In this document: positions 19,667 to 29,319 of the stretch, one piece after another
How positions within the stretch are numbered: the first letter of the stretch is position 1
Layout: each line of letters starts with the position of its first letter
Assembly (NCBI GenBank): GCA_030151225.1
Contig: JASLEG010000205.1
Span: forward strand, 20,759 to 84,758
DNA: 64,000 nucleotides
Source of the DNA: Burkholderia sp.
GTDB taxonomy: Bacteria > Pseudomonadota > Gammaproteobacteria > Burkholderiales > Burkholderiaceae
Direction: 5' to 3'
Translations under genes and position numbers: made by a program
Notes under the pieces: model-generated
What the model saw: only the letters and a program-made list of their open reading frames with translations
Database searches by the model: none
What the model was told of the DNA's origin: nothing

Positions 19667-21022
19667 ATGAAAAAAATCACGGACACGCCGGCCATCGGCG
19701 CGTTGACGGAAGCCGCGCGACCCACGCGTTACCGCTGGGTCGTGGCGAGCCTGTTCTTCCTGATCTACACGATCGCGGCGGCCGACCGCGCCAACCTCGG
19801 CATCGCGCTGCCGTTCCTGCGCAAGGAATTCGCGATGAGCAACGCCGAGGCCGGCGCGCTCGTCAGCGTGTTCCTGATCGCCTACGCGCTGGCACAGGTG
19901 CCGTCCGCGTGGCTGATCGCGCGCTTCGGCGTGCGCCGCACGCTGCCGATATCGATGGTGCTGACCTCCGTGGCCACAGCGCTGACCGGCATGGTGGGCT
20001 CGCTGTTCGCGCTGAAGCTGTGCCGGCTCGCGCTCGGCTTCGCCGAGGGGCCGCTGCCGCTCGGCATCGCCGCCACCATCAACCGCTGGTTTCCGGCGAG
20101 CGAGAAGGGCACCGCGTCCGGGCTGTTCCTGTCCGCCGTGAAGTTCGGGCCCGTGATCACGCCGATCGTGGGCGCCGCCGTGATTTCCGCGTGGGGCTGG
20201 CAGCAGATCTTCGTGGTGTTCGCCGTGCCGGGGCTGCTGCTGTCGGTGGTGTGGTTCGCGATGGTGGCCGACCGGCCCGCCGACAGCGCCGCCGTGAACC
20301 GCGCCGAGCACGAGCTGATCGATGCCGACGGCCCGCAGGCCGCCACCCCGCACGTCGAGCGCACCCGCGCGATGCCGTGGCTCGACCGGCTCACGCGCGT
20401 GCGCAGCGAGCCGCCGCTCACCACTTCGCGCGCCGTCGCCACCTCCTGGAACATCTACGGCTGCGCACTCGGCTATTGCTGCCAGATCGGCATTTCCAGC
20501 GTGCTGCTGGCGTGGATTCCCACCTACCTGCTGAACGTGAAGCACTTCAGCGTGGCCGGCATGGGCTTCGTGGCCGCCGCGCCGTGGGTGGGCGCCGTGA
20601 TCGGCAACATCCTGGGCGGGCTGCTGTCGGACCGCGCGCTCGGCAAGCGCCGCAAGCCCGGGATGATGTTCTCGGCGCTCGCCACCGCCATCATGATGAT
20701 CGCGCTGATCGAATCGCCGGCCTCGCCGGTGGTGTATGGAATCCTGATCTTTCTGACCGGCGTGACGCTGAGCGTGGGCTTTTCCGCCTACATGGTGTAT
20801 CCCACGTCCTTCGTGTCGAAGGACCGGTTTCCGCTCGCCAACGCCATCGTGAACATGGGCGGCCAGCTCGGCGGCGCGGCCACGCCGTTCATCGCCGGGC
20901 TGCTGCTCGATCATTACGGCTGGATTTCGGTGTTCGGCTTCATGTCCGCGATTTCCGCGCTGACCTTCGTGATCCTGCTGACGATCACCGAGCCGCTCGA
21001 GGTGCTGGCGCGGCGCGCCTGA
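19667..21022 (+). CDS. MFS transporter, anion:cation symporter family
   Basis: RYRWVV...ADRANLGIA, WFPASEKGTASG; multiple TM segments. Confidence 0.92.
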   Translation: MKKITDTPAIGALTEAARPTRYRWVVASLFFLIYTIAAADRANLGIALPFLRKEFAMSNAEAGALVSVFLIAYALAQVPSAWLIARFGVRRTLPISMVLTSVATALTGMVGSLFALKLCRLALGFAEGPLPLGIAATINRWFPASEKGTASGLFLSAVKFGPVITPIVGAAVISAWGWQQIFVVFAVPGLLLSVVWFAMVADRPADSAAVNRAEHELIDADGPQAATPHVERTRAMPWLDRLTRVRSEPPLTTSRAVATSWNIYGCALGYCCQIGISSVLLAWIPTYLLNVKHFSVAGMGFVAAAPWVGAVIGNILGGLLSDRALGKRRKPGMMFSALATAIMMIALIESPASPVVYGILIFLTGVTLSVGFSAYMVYPTSFVSKDRFPLANAIVNMGGQLGGAATPFIAGLLLDHYGWISVFGFMSAISALTFVILLTITEPLEVLARRA

Positions 21023-21047
21023 GCACGCCGCGCCGGCCGGTGCTGCG

Positions 21048-21665
21048 TCACGACGCGAGCAGCTTCGCCGCGAGCGGGTACAGCGACAGCACCAGCAGCA
21101 CCGCCATCGTCAGGTTGAAGGCGCGCAGGCGGCGCGGGTTCGACAGGAAGCCGCGCATGCCCTGGCCGAATGCGGCCCACAGGCTGATGCACGGGAAGCC
21201 CACGAACAGGAACACGATCGCCATGCCCAGCGCGCTCGCGCCGTGGCTTTCCGACAGCTGGATGGTGGTGGCGGCCGTCAGCACCATCATCCACGCCTTC
21301 GGGTTCACGAGCTGGAACAGCGCCGCTTCCACGAAGGTCATCGGGCGGGCCTTCGCGTGGTTGGCGCGCACCTCGCCCGAGGTGCCGATGCGCCAGGCCA
21401 GATACAGCAGATACGCGATGCTCGCGATCTCCAGCACCGTGTAGAGCACGGGCACGCGCGAGAACGCCTCGCCGAGGCCGAAACCCACCGCCACCATCAT
21501 CGTCGCCACGCCGCTGCTGATGCCCGCCATGTGCGGCAGCGTGCGGCGGAAACCGAAATTGACGCCCGAGGCGAGCAGCATCGTGTTGTTCGGGCCGGGC
21601 GTGATCGACGTGACGAGGGCGAACAGCATGCCGGCGGGGAGGGCGCTCAGGGTCAGGGTATTCAT
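21048..21665 (-). CDS. LysE-family translocator
   Basis: SITPGPNNTMLLASGVNFG, FQLVNPKAW. Confidence 0.92.
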   Translation of the reverse strand: MNTLTLSALPAGMLFALVTSITPGPNNTMLLASGVNFGFRRTLPHMAGISSGVATMMVAVGFGLGEAFSRVPVLYTVLEIASIAYLLYLAWRIGTSGEVRANHAKARPMTFVEAALFQLVNPKAWMMVLTAATTIQLSESHGASALGMAIVFLFVGFPCISLWAAFGQGMRGFLSNPRRLRAFNLTMAVLLVLSLYPLAAKLLAS

Positions 21666-21729
21666 GGCGGGTGCCTCTTGGGACTGCTTGAGATGAAAGT
21701 TCACGAAGAGGCAGTGTAGCGACAGTTTT

Positions 21730-21748
21730 CTGTACGGTACCGGTACAG
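21730..21748. promoter_or_regulatory. Palindromic operator upstream of the LysE gene (GntR/MocR-like TGTAC...GTACA)
   Basis: ctgtac-ggtaccg-gtacag. Confidence 0.5.
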
Positions 21749-21974
21749 TTTGGCGTGGCGGGGGCGGTACTGTGGGTGGAAAGTGTCAGGTGGGTGGGGC
21801 GCCGCTGTGTGGGCTGTCAGAAAAGTTGTCCGCCGTTTCACAGAGATGTCTTTGAATATTGGGCCCCGATCTCACCGTGTCAGTAAATCACTCTTGAACG
21901 CTGAACAAAACGGACATTGCAGTAGTCGACGCGCGATGCATGCAGCGATACGCCAGCGCAGCGTGATGATGGGG

Positions 21975-22462
21975 TAAGCGGCTTGTGCGTCAGGCTCCGG
22001 AGCCGTTGGCGGTACCGGGGTCGGTGAATGCGGTGTGGTCGATGGACTTCATGCACGACCAGTTGAAAGACGGTCGCAGCATCCGGTTGCTTAACGTGAT
22101 CGACGACTTCAACCGGGAAGCACCGGGAATCGAGATCGACTTCTCGCTGCCCTCTGCCCGCGTCATACGAGCCCTCGAGCAGATCATCGGATGGCGGGGC
22201 AAGCCGGTGGCGATACGGTGCGACAACGGCCCGGAGTACCTGAGTGACGCGATCACGCAATGGGCCTCGCAGCGCGGTATCGCGTTGAACTATATCCAGC
22301 CTGGCAAGCCGCAGCAGAATGCCTGCGTGGAGCGTTTCAACCGCACGGTACGTCATGAATGGCTGTCACAGTGCTACTGGGATGACCTGGCGCACGTCCA
22401 GCAGTTCGCCACGCGATGGATGTGGCAATACAATCTCGAGCGCCCCGACATGGGCCTTGGTG
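21975..22462 (+). mobile_element. IS3-family (IS407-group-like) transposase OrfB fragment
   Basis: [31 protein letters not shown] (DDE core); both ends missing. Confidence 0.85.
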
Positions 22463-22463
22463 G

Positions 22464-22556
22464 ATTTCCCCGGAAGTCCTGGAGCGCGCCGTGCGTTTGG
22501 TGCGCGAGCAGCGTAGCGAGCGGGCGGCGGTCGAATCGATTGCACCGATGATCGGC
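22464..22556 (+). mobile_element. IS3-family (IS51-group-like) OrfA N-terminal fragment
   Basis: Reads [30 protein letters not shown], typical of an OrfA HTH start. Confidence 0.6.
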
Positions 22557-23017
22557 TGACGTTCGCGCTGGACTGCTGCGACCGCGAGGCGATGAGCTGG
22601 GCGGCGACATCGTGCGCGACGTGATGCTGGCTGCGATGGAAAATCTCTTCGGCAATGCGTTCCATACGGCATCGGAAATTGAATGGTCGAGCGACAATGG
22701 TTCGGGTTGCACCGCCGACGAGACGCGCCGGTTTGCAACGGACATCGGCTTGAAGCCATTGTCCACGCCGGTGTGTAGCCCGCAAAGTAACGGCATGGCG
22801 GAGAGCATCGTAAAGACCATGAAGTGCGGCTACGTCGCCTTCATGCCGAGGCCGGACGCAGCGACTGCTGCCCACAACCTGGGCATCGCGTTCAAGCATT
22901 ACAACGAGAAGCATCCCCATAGCGCGCCGAAATACCGCTCGCCTCGCGAGTTCCGGCGCTCGATGGATTCAGCAACCTTAGTGTGAAGCTGTGTCCGGGA
23001 TTACGGGGCCAACTCCA
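22556..23017 (+). mobile_element. IS2-like (IS3 family) OrfB 3' remnant with right terminal repeat
   Basis: [43 protein letters not shown]; ends ...ggattacggggccaactcCA. Confidence 0.88.
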
Positions 23018-23064
23018 GTGGATGACTTGGGTAAGCAACGCGCAATCACACATGGATGTAAGCG

Positions 23065-24468
23065 TCACTCACCGTTGAGCTCTTCACGTACTTGCCGTAT
23101 CAGCGCAACTGTCCTGTCGATATCTGCGTCTTCGGTACGCCAAGACGATACGCTGAGCCTAAATGCGGGGCGTCCGTCCCAGGCTGCTGGCCCAAACCAA
23201 GCTTCGCCGGAGCTTTCCACAGCTTGTCGGATGGCATTGGTCTCCGCATCGTCTTTTGCCCGAACCAACACTTGATTGAGGACAACACGATTGAGCACTT
23301 CGAAACCCGCAAAACGCAGCCCGCGCGCCAATCTTGTCGCCTGGGCGCAATGGCGTTCCACCATCATGGCCACGCCTTGCTTGCCAAGCGTGCGCAGTGC
23401 GGCCCAAATCGTGATCCCGCGGGGGCGTCGGGAGAACTCGAGCGTGAGGTTCTTCTGGGCAAGGCGTGAGCCGGTTGCGTAGACAGCGTCGCTACTCAGT
23501 GTTTCTGCCAGCGCATCAGGATCGCGGCAGATCGCCATTGCGCAGTCGTAGGGTGTATTGAGCCACTTATGCCCGTCCGTGGTCCAGCTGTCCGCGAGTT
23601 CTACCCCCTCCGTAAGATGCCGCAATGTTTGCGATGTCCGCGCCCACAAACCGAATGCACCATCCACGTGTACCCAGGCGCCTTGCTCCTTCGCCTTCGG
23701 TATCAGTGCCGCAAACGGATCGAATTCGCCGGTGTTCACCTCGCCTGCCTGCAGGCACAGGATAGTGTTGGCATCAAGTTCGGGCAGCTGGTCGGGATCG
23801 ACGCGGCCATGCGCATCGGTGGCGGCAGCAATTACCTGTTCTGTGCCGAAGCCGAGCACCCGCAATGCCTTGAGCACCACGACATGAATCCGTGCCGATA
23901 CCACTACGCGGATTTCCGGCGCACCATATAGCCCTTTCGTGTCGAGATCCCATCCCGCCCTCTTGAGCAAGGCGCGCCGCGCGGCTGCCAAGCAACTCAG
24001 GCCGCAAGCCGTGGCAGACGTACCAAAGCCGACAGCGCTGCCGCGCGGCAGATCGAGTGCCTCAAGCAACCAGTTTCCAGCTACTGCCTCGATGCGCGCG
24101 CTGACAGGGGACGCCATTGCCAGCGGTGCGCCCTGGTCCCACGCCATCATCAGCCGCTCGGCAGCAGCTGCACCGGGCAACGATGCCCCCACGACAAAAC
24201 CGAAATAGCGCGGCCCGTTCGACGCGACAGTGGCAGGGGAGCCAATGTTGTCGAGCAGCGCCAGCGTATCGAGTGCGGGAAAGCCTTGCTCGGGAAGCCA
24301 CTCGTCGAACGCAGCCAAAGCTGCAATCGCCTCCGGCGTAGGGAAAACGCGCCGGGTCTCGACCGATTCGAGATATTGGGCCGCGCGTCGGTCGGCGTCG
24401 GCGAGCAGAGCGATTTCTCCGGCTTTCATGTCGGCGATGCTACACGGGGCCGGAAGTTGAGCATTCAT
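23065..24468 (-). CDS. PLP-dependent decarboxylase (group II, aromatic-amino-acid decarboxylase-like)
   Basis: GPRYFGFV, WVHVDGAFG, DSWTTDGHKWLNTPYDC, RLSVSSW. Confidence 0.88.
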   Translation of the reverse strand: MNAQLPAPCSIADMKAGEIALLADADRRAAQYLESVETRRVFPTPEAIAALAAFDEWLPEQGFPALDTLALLDNIGSPATVASNGPRYFGFVVGASLPGAAAAERLMMAWDQGAPLAMASPVSARIEAVAGNWLLEALDLPRGSAVGFGTSATACGLSCLAAARRALLKRAGWDLDTKGLYGAPEIRVVVSARIHVVVLKALRVLGFGTEQVIAAATDAHGRVDPDQLPELDANTILCLQAGEVNTGEFDPFAALIPKAKEQGAWVHVDGAFGLWARTSQTLRHLTEGVELADSWTTDGHKWLNTPYDCAMAICRDPDALAETLSSDAVYATGSRLAQKNLTLEFSRRPRGITIWAALRTLGKQGVAMMVERHCAQATRLARGLRFAGFEVLNRVVLNQVLVRAKDDAETNAIRQAVESSGEAWFGPAAWDGRPAFRLSVSSWRTEDADIDRTVALIRQVREELNGE

Positions 24469-24508
24469 ATTGTCGAGGACGTGGAAAGAGGAGAGGCTGG
24501 AGGGGGAG

Positions 24509-25525
24509 TCAGGCAACCGGAATGGTCGGCCGCTCGGTGTCAGCGTTCGAGTCGGATACAGCAGCGACCGTGGCCGACTTTACGACGGGGGCGCTGACTG
24601 CATCGAGTCGCGCGAGCTGCTCGGTGCTCAGTGTCAGATTTGCCGCGCCGAGGTTGCTGACGAGTTGCGGCAACGAACGCGGACCGATCAGGGGGAGGCC
24701 GCCGTGTGCGGCCACCCAGGCGATGGCGACCTGATCCGGTGTGGCCTGCAGCTCACGAGCGATGCCGAGCACCGTGTCGAGCACATCGGATCGTTGTCGC
24801 GAATCTTCTGCCTGGAAGACAGCACCGCCGAAAGCTTCGCGGCGGCCCGCTTCTCCATTCCGATATTTTCCAGTCAACATCCCGCCGCCGAGCGGCGACC
24901 AGGTGAGCGTCGCGAGGCCCAGGGCGCGACAAGCGACAAATACGTCGGCCTCGGGCTCGCGATGCACGAGGCTATATTCGAACTGTGCTGCGGCGATCGG
25001 CGTCGCGCGCGTGATCTCAGCGAGCGTGACGGCACGGGCGAGCCGCCATGCTGGGAAATTGGACAGGCCTGCGTAGAGGATCTTGCCGGTGCGGGCGAGG
25101 TCATCGAGTCCGCGGACGATTTCTTCGGAAGGTGTAAATACGTCCGGCTGGTGTACCCACAGCAAATCGATTCGGTCTGTCTTCAGGCGCTTGAGGCTCG
25201 CCTCCACGGACGCGATCATCGCTTTGCGGCTGTTACCGGTCACGAGGCGGTCGGGGGTCGAGGTGGCACCGCTCGAGAATTTGCTGGCGAGAAAGAAATG
25301 CTCGCGGCGGCCGTGCAACAGCGATCCGAGGAATTCCTCGGACTGGCCGAATTGGTAGACATCGGCCGTATCGACGAAATTGCCGCCGGCTTCCGCGTAG
25401 GTTTCGAAGAGGGCGGCACTTTGCGCTTCGTCAGCGCCGTGGCCCCAGCGGGTTCCGAAATTGGCTGTGCCCAGTACGATCTGCGACACGCGCACACCGG
25501 TGCGTCCGAAATTCTGGTATTTCAT
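24509..25525 (-). CDS. Aldo/keto reductase
   Basis: GNFVDTADVYQFGQSE, SLKRLKTDRIDL, WSPLGGGMLTGKY. Confidence 0.95.
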   Translation of the reverse strand: MKYQNFGRTGVRVSQIVLGTANFGTRWGHGADEAQSAALFETYAEAGGNFVDTADVYQFGQSEEFLGSLLHGRREHFFLASKFSSGATSTPDRLVTGNSRKAMIASVEASLKRLKTDRIDLLWVHQPDVFTPSEEIVRGLDDLARTGKILYAGLSNFPAWRLARAVTLAEITRATPIAAAQFEYSLVHREPEADVFVACRALGLATLTWSPLGGGMLTGKYRNGEAGRREAFGGAVFQAEDSRQRSDVLDTVLGIARELQATPDQVAIAWVAAHGGLPLIGPRSLPQLVSNLGAANLTLSTEQLARLDAVSAPVVKSATVAAVSDSNADTERPTIPVA

Positions 25526-25546
25526 CAACGCTTTCCTCGTTTGAAA

Positions 25547-25566
25547 ATGAGGGCACATACCCGCAT
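25547..25566. promoter_or_regulatory. Probable MarR operator, copy 1
   Basis: Imperfect palindrome atgagggcacatacccgcat upstream of the AKR gene; similar to 26079-26098. Confidence 0.65.
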
Positions 25567-25659
25567 TGGTAAAAATTGATGGATGATCGAGGCGGACGGG
25601 AAAGTGCCCGCCTGAGCCCGTCTTCCTGGAAAATCCTAAATTCGCCACCGGCGCGCCGC

Positions 25660-26076
25660 TTACTCGATTGCCTCGTACAGATCGGCCAGCATCGCGCGCA
25701 TCGCTTCAATCTTCTTGGCGCCTATCTGTTCGATCACCGAATTTTGGCAGCGATCCCAGGCTGGTGTGGCACGGCGTAGCAAGGTCTTTCCGTCCGAAGT
25801 CAATGAAACTACGCGTTCGCGCTGATCGCCGGCATCGGTGGTGATGTCGGTCAACTCGCGGTTTTCAAGGACCTTCACATTTCGACCGATCGTGGAGCGG
25901 TCTAGATCGACGAGCGCGCCTAGTTGAGTCAAGCTGACCGGTTGATGATCGGCGATGGTTCTCAACAGAAAATACTGAGCAATATTGATGTCGAACGTCG
26001 CTAGAGCCGCGTCGTATACCTCAGTCAGTTTTCTGGAGGCCCGACGAAGGTCGGTGCAGAAGCAGGGTGTGTTCAT
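25660..26076 (-). CDS. MarR-family transcriptional regulator
   Basis: CFCTDLRRASRKLT, LDRSTIGRN, DQRERVVSLTSDG. Confidence 0.93.
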   Translation of the reverse strand: MNTPCFCTDLRRASRKLTEVYDAALATFDINIAQYFLLRTIADHQPVSLTQLGALVDLDRSTIGRNVKVLENRELTDITTDAGDQRERVVSLTSDGKTLLRRATPAWDRCQNSVIEQIGAKKIEAMRAMLADLYEAIE

Positions 26077-26078
26077 TT

Positions 26079-26098
26079 ATGCGAGTATATACCCGCAA
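26079..26098. promoter_or_regulatory. Probable MarR operator, copy 2 (autoregulatory)
   Basis: Palindrome atgcgagtatatacccgcaa immediately upstream of the marR ATG. Confidence 0.65.
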
Positions 26099-26346
26099 AT
26101 TTTGAGAAAGCAATCACTCTCTACGATCCGTTGCAGATCGGATGGTGAAAAATAAGTTACCTGGTGCAAGAAATCTGCCTCCTTGGCATTCGTCATTCGG
26201 CACTCTAAGCTCTCCAGGTATCGATCTGAGACGTAGTCTCGGACGAAGACACTGGGGGCGAATCGCTTCGACCACGCCGTTCAGATGGGGTCGAGGCAAG
26301 CGTTGTTTTTGTCTGATATTTATTTTGTATAGCTAAGGAAATTACC

Positions 26347-27477
26347 ATGAGCGACGTACTTTTCACCCCGTTCGCGATCCACGCGCTAACGATTCCGAAT
26401 CGGATCGTTATGTCGGCGATGACGCGTGGTTTCAGTACTGGTGGCGTACCTGGCGACGATGTGCTCGCCTATTACCGGGCTCGCGCGGCGGGCGGAGTTG
26501 GTCTCATCATTACCGAGGCTGTCGCGGTGCAGCGCGATGCTGCGGCGGAAGTGCCCGGCATCCCGGTGTTTCATACGGCAGAGGCACGTGCTGGATGGTC
26601 AGCTGTCGTGAAGGCCGTCCACTCGGAAGGCGGCAAGATTGCGGCTCAACTGCACCATGCGGGTGCGTTGCGCGATGCTGTGCAGATGGGGGCGCCGGAC
26701 GTACCGAACGACGAGCCCAACAGCATGAGTGTGGCCGATATCGAGGCCACGATTGCAGCCTTCGGCGAAGCAGCGGCTACGGCACGCGCACTGGGATTCG
26801 ATGCGGTGGAAATTCACGGCGCGAATGGCAACTTAATCGACCAGTTCCTGTGGGAAGGCCGCAATACCCGTAGCGATAGTTGGGGCGGCAGTGTTATTGC
26901 CCGTACGAAATTTGCGGGAGAAGTGGTGCGCGCAGTGCGTCGCGCAGTTGGGTCCTCGTTCCCGATCGTATTTCGGATTTCGCAGTTCAAGCAGCGCGCC
27001 TTCGATGCGAAGATCGCAAAGGATCCCTACGAATTTGGACTCATTCTAAACGTGCTGTCCGACGCCGGCGTCGATGTATTCCACGCCTCGCAGCGTCGCT
27101 TCTGGGAGCCCGCGTTCGAGCCATCGTCGTTGAACCTTGCCGGTTGGGCGCGACGTTTGAGCGGTAAGCCTGCAATGACGGTGGGATCGGTGGGGCTCGA
27201 CGGTCCAGACATCACCGATCTCCTGACCGGCAAAGGCGGCAACGCTGGACCGGCCGGCCTCGACGCGTTGCGCAAAGGCATTGACGACGGCCATTTCGAC
27301 TTGGTCGCCGTGGGCCGTGCGTTGCTGACCGATCCTACGTGGCCGAATAAGGTTCGGGATGGACGATTGGAAGACCTGTGTGGGTTCGACCTGGCGTCGC
27401 TGGGCAGCTTGGTAATCGGCGATCCGGCTACAGCATTGCCGGTGGCTGCCGATGACGCGATCGTCGGCAATGCATGA
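26347..27477 (+). CDS. NADH:flavin oxidoreductase (OYE family) with atypical active site
   Basis: PNRIVMSAMTR, GGVGLIITE, EIHGANGNLIDQF, SQRRFWEP, DLVAVGRALL. Confidence 0.9.
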   Translation: MSDVLFTPFAIHALTIPNRIVMSAMTRGFSTGGVPGDDVLAYYRARAAGGVGLIITEAVAVQRDAAAEVPGIPVFHTAEARAGWSAVVKAVHSEGGKIAAQLHHAGALRDAVQMGAPDVPNDEPNSMSVADIEATIAAFGEAAATARALGFDAVEIHGANGNLIDQFLWEGRNTRSDSWGGSVIARTKFAGEVVRAVRRAVGSSFPIVFRISQFKQRAFDAKIAKDPYEFGLILNVLSDAGVDVFHASQRRFWEPAFEPSSLNLAGWARRLSGKPAMTVGSVGLDGPDITDLLTGKGGNAGPAGLDALRKGIDDGHFDLVAVGRALLTDPTWPNKVRDGRLEDLCGFDLASLGSLVIGDPATALPVAADDAIVGNA

Positions 27478-27505
27478 TGCAGACGGATCAAGGGAGAAGC
27501 CTGAA

Positions 27506-27898
27506 ATGACCGATGCAGCACCCAAACGCCATCCGTTTCTTGATGACCTCGACGAGAACGTCGTCCTGATCAGTTCTGTATTGCGTTGCCCCGTTCAGGG
27601 GCGCGAAACAGTTACCCGGATCGTCAAGGCCGGCGCCGCTCACTATGCGAGCCAGACGCCGCGATTTCTCGACAAGGTTGGTGAGCGCAGTTATTTTGAA
27701 TACGATGCACAGCTTGTCGACGGCGTTTCTGCGTCGGGCCTGGTGTCGATGGTGCGCGACGCGCACGGCCGTGTGACACAGTTGCATATCGCGTTCAGCC
27801 CGCTTGATGCGGTGCTGTCGATAGCGCGTGGCATGCGCGATCGGCTCGGCGCAGAATTCGACGTGGCCTGGTTTCTGCCATCAGGGGACGACGCATGA
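27506..27898 (+). CDS. SnoaL/NTF2-like hypothetical protein
   Basis: LDENVVLISSV...PVQGRETV pattern; RBS gggag; stop overlaps the next start. Confidence 0.6.
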   Translation: MTDAAPKRHPFLDDLDENVVLISSVLRCPVQGRETVTRIVKAGAAHYASQTPRFLDKVGERSYFEYDAQLVDGVSASGLVSMVRDAHGRVTQLHIAFSPLDAVLSIARGMRDRLGAEFDVAWFLPSGDDA

Positions 27899-28878
27899 AA
27901 GCCGCACGCTTGACTTCTTATGGCGATCCCGTGTCGGGGATCGAACTGCACGAGATTGCCGAGCCGCCGCAACCAGGGCCGGACGATGTGCTGGTGCAGA
28001 TGCGCTATGCCCCGATCAACGTCAGCGACTTGATGGTGGCGCTCGGCGTCTACGACTGGCAGCCCGCTTTGCCGGAGGTGCTCGGCAATGAGGGCGCTGG
28101 GGTAGTGCTTGCATGTGGCTCGAACGTCGTGGGATTGATGCCGGGTACGCCCGTAGTGGTGCCGTTCATGGCACGGTCCTGGCGTGAGCGGCTCGTTGTC
28201 GGCGCTGATCAACTGACGCTCGTTCCGGAGGGGGTCGATTTGCAGCAGGCGGCGATGGCCACCATCAATCTCGTGACGGTGAAGATGCTGCTCGACGAAT
28301 ACGTTGCTTTTTCGCCTGGCGATGCGATCGTGTATAACGCGGCGAACTCCGGCCTCGGACACTGCGTGGCCGGCCTCGCGGCACGGCGTGGCCTCCGGAC
28401 TATCGGATTAGTGCGTAAGCAGCAGGACATCGAGCGTGTGCGGCAATCCGGATGCGAGATCGTCATGCTCGACGAGGACGCCAGCGTATTGGCGAACCGC
28501 CTGCCAGTCGGCTTGCGAGTCAGACTCGCTCTCGATGGCGTGGGTGGACCGTCGTCGGGGCGACTCGCGCAACTGCTCTCGGCTGACGGAACGCTCGTTG
28601 CCTATGGTGCGGCGAGCCATCAACCGATGGCAATCTCAGCTCAGCATTTGATCTTCAAGCGAATCGTCGTTCACGGATTTTTTGAAGGCCGTCCGGGCAA
28701 CGCGGCTCGCGTCCCGGCTGTACTTGCATCGGTGCTCGATGCTTTGGGCTCTGACGGAATCCGGCAGCCCGTCGCGGCAGTTTATCCGCTGGCCCACATT
28801 CGCGATGCGGTGGCCCATGCGATGCGCGGCGGAAAGGTCTTGATCAAGTTGGATGTCCCAAACGAGCTGGGCGCGTGA
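27895..28878 (+). CDS. MDR-family oxidoreductase (2-enoyl thioester reductase-like)
   Basis: APINVSDL, GNEGAGVV, NAANSGLG, LALDGVGG, GGKVLI. Confidence 0.9.
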   Translation: MKAARLTSYGDPVSGIELHEIAEPPQPGPDDVLVQMRYAPINVSDLMVALGVYDWQPALPEVLGNEGAGVVLACGSNVVGLMPGTPVVVPFMARSWRERLVVGADQLTLVPEGVDLQQAAMATINLVTVKMLLDEYVAFSPGDAIVYNAANSGLGHCVAGLAARRGLRTIGLVRKQQDIERVRQSGCEIVMLDEDASVLANRLPVGLRVRLALDGVGGPSSGRLAQLLSADGTLVAYGAASHQPMAISAQHLIFKRIVVHGFFEGRPGNAARVPAVLASVLDALGSDGIRQPVAAVYPLAHIRDAVAHAMRGGKVLIKLDVPNELGA

Positions 28879-28910
28879 TGTCGGCATCGTTTCTAATCGC
28901 AGGATAAGTC

Positions 28911-29315
28911 ATGCCGGATACACATGATGTGGTCGTCGACAGCTACCGCCGCTGGCTTGCGATGCCGGTGATCGCCTCCCAATGTCCGGTGCGCGACGTC
29001 CTTGATCGCCTTGGCGAGAAATGGAGCACGCTGCTCGTCATGGCGCTGGCCGAGCGGCCGCGTCGCTTTGCCGAGTTGATTCGGGCTGTGCCCGACATCT
29101 CGAAACGTTCGCTGACCCACGCCTTGCGCAATCTCGAGGAAGACGGAATCGTTATCCGCGAGGTGTTCCCGACAAAGCCGCCTTCTGTCGAGTACCGGCT
29201 GTCGCCGCTAGGTAATTCGATGCTGGAACCGCTGGCCATGCTGATCGCCTGGGCCGAACAAAGCCATGGCGAAATTAAGCAGGCGCGCGAGCGCTATCGT
29301 GAGCGTTCGGTTTGA
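28911..29315 (+). CDS. HxlR-family winged-helix regulator
   Basis: [27 protein letters not shown]. Confidence 0.93.
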   Translation: MPDTHDVVVDSYRRWLAMPVIASQCPVRDVLDRLGEKWSTLLVMALAERPRRFAELIRAVPDISKRSLTHALRNLEEDGIVIREVFPTKPPSVEYRLSPLGNSMLEPLAMLIAWAEQSHGEIKQARERYRERSV

Positions 29316-29319
29316 GCGC

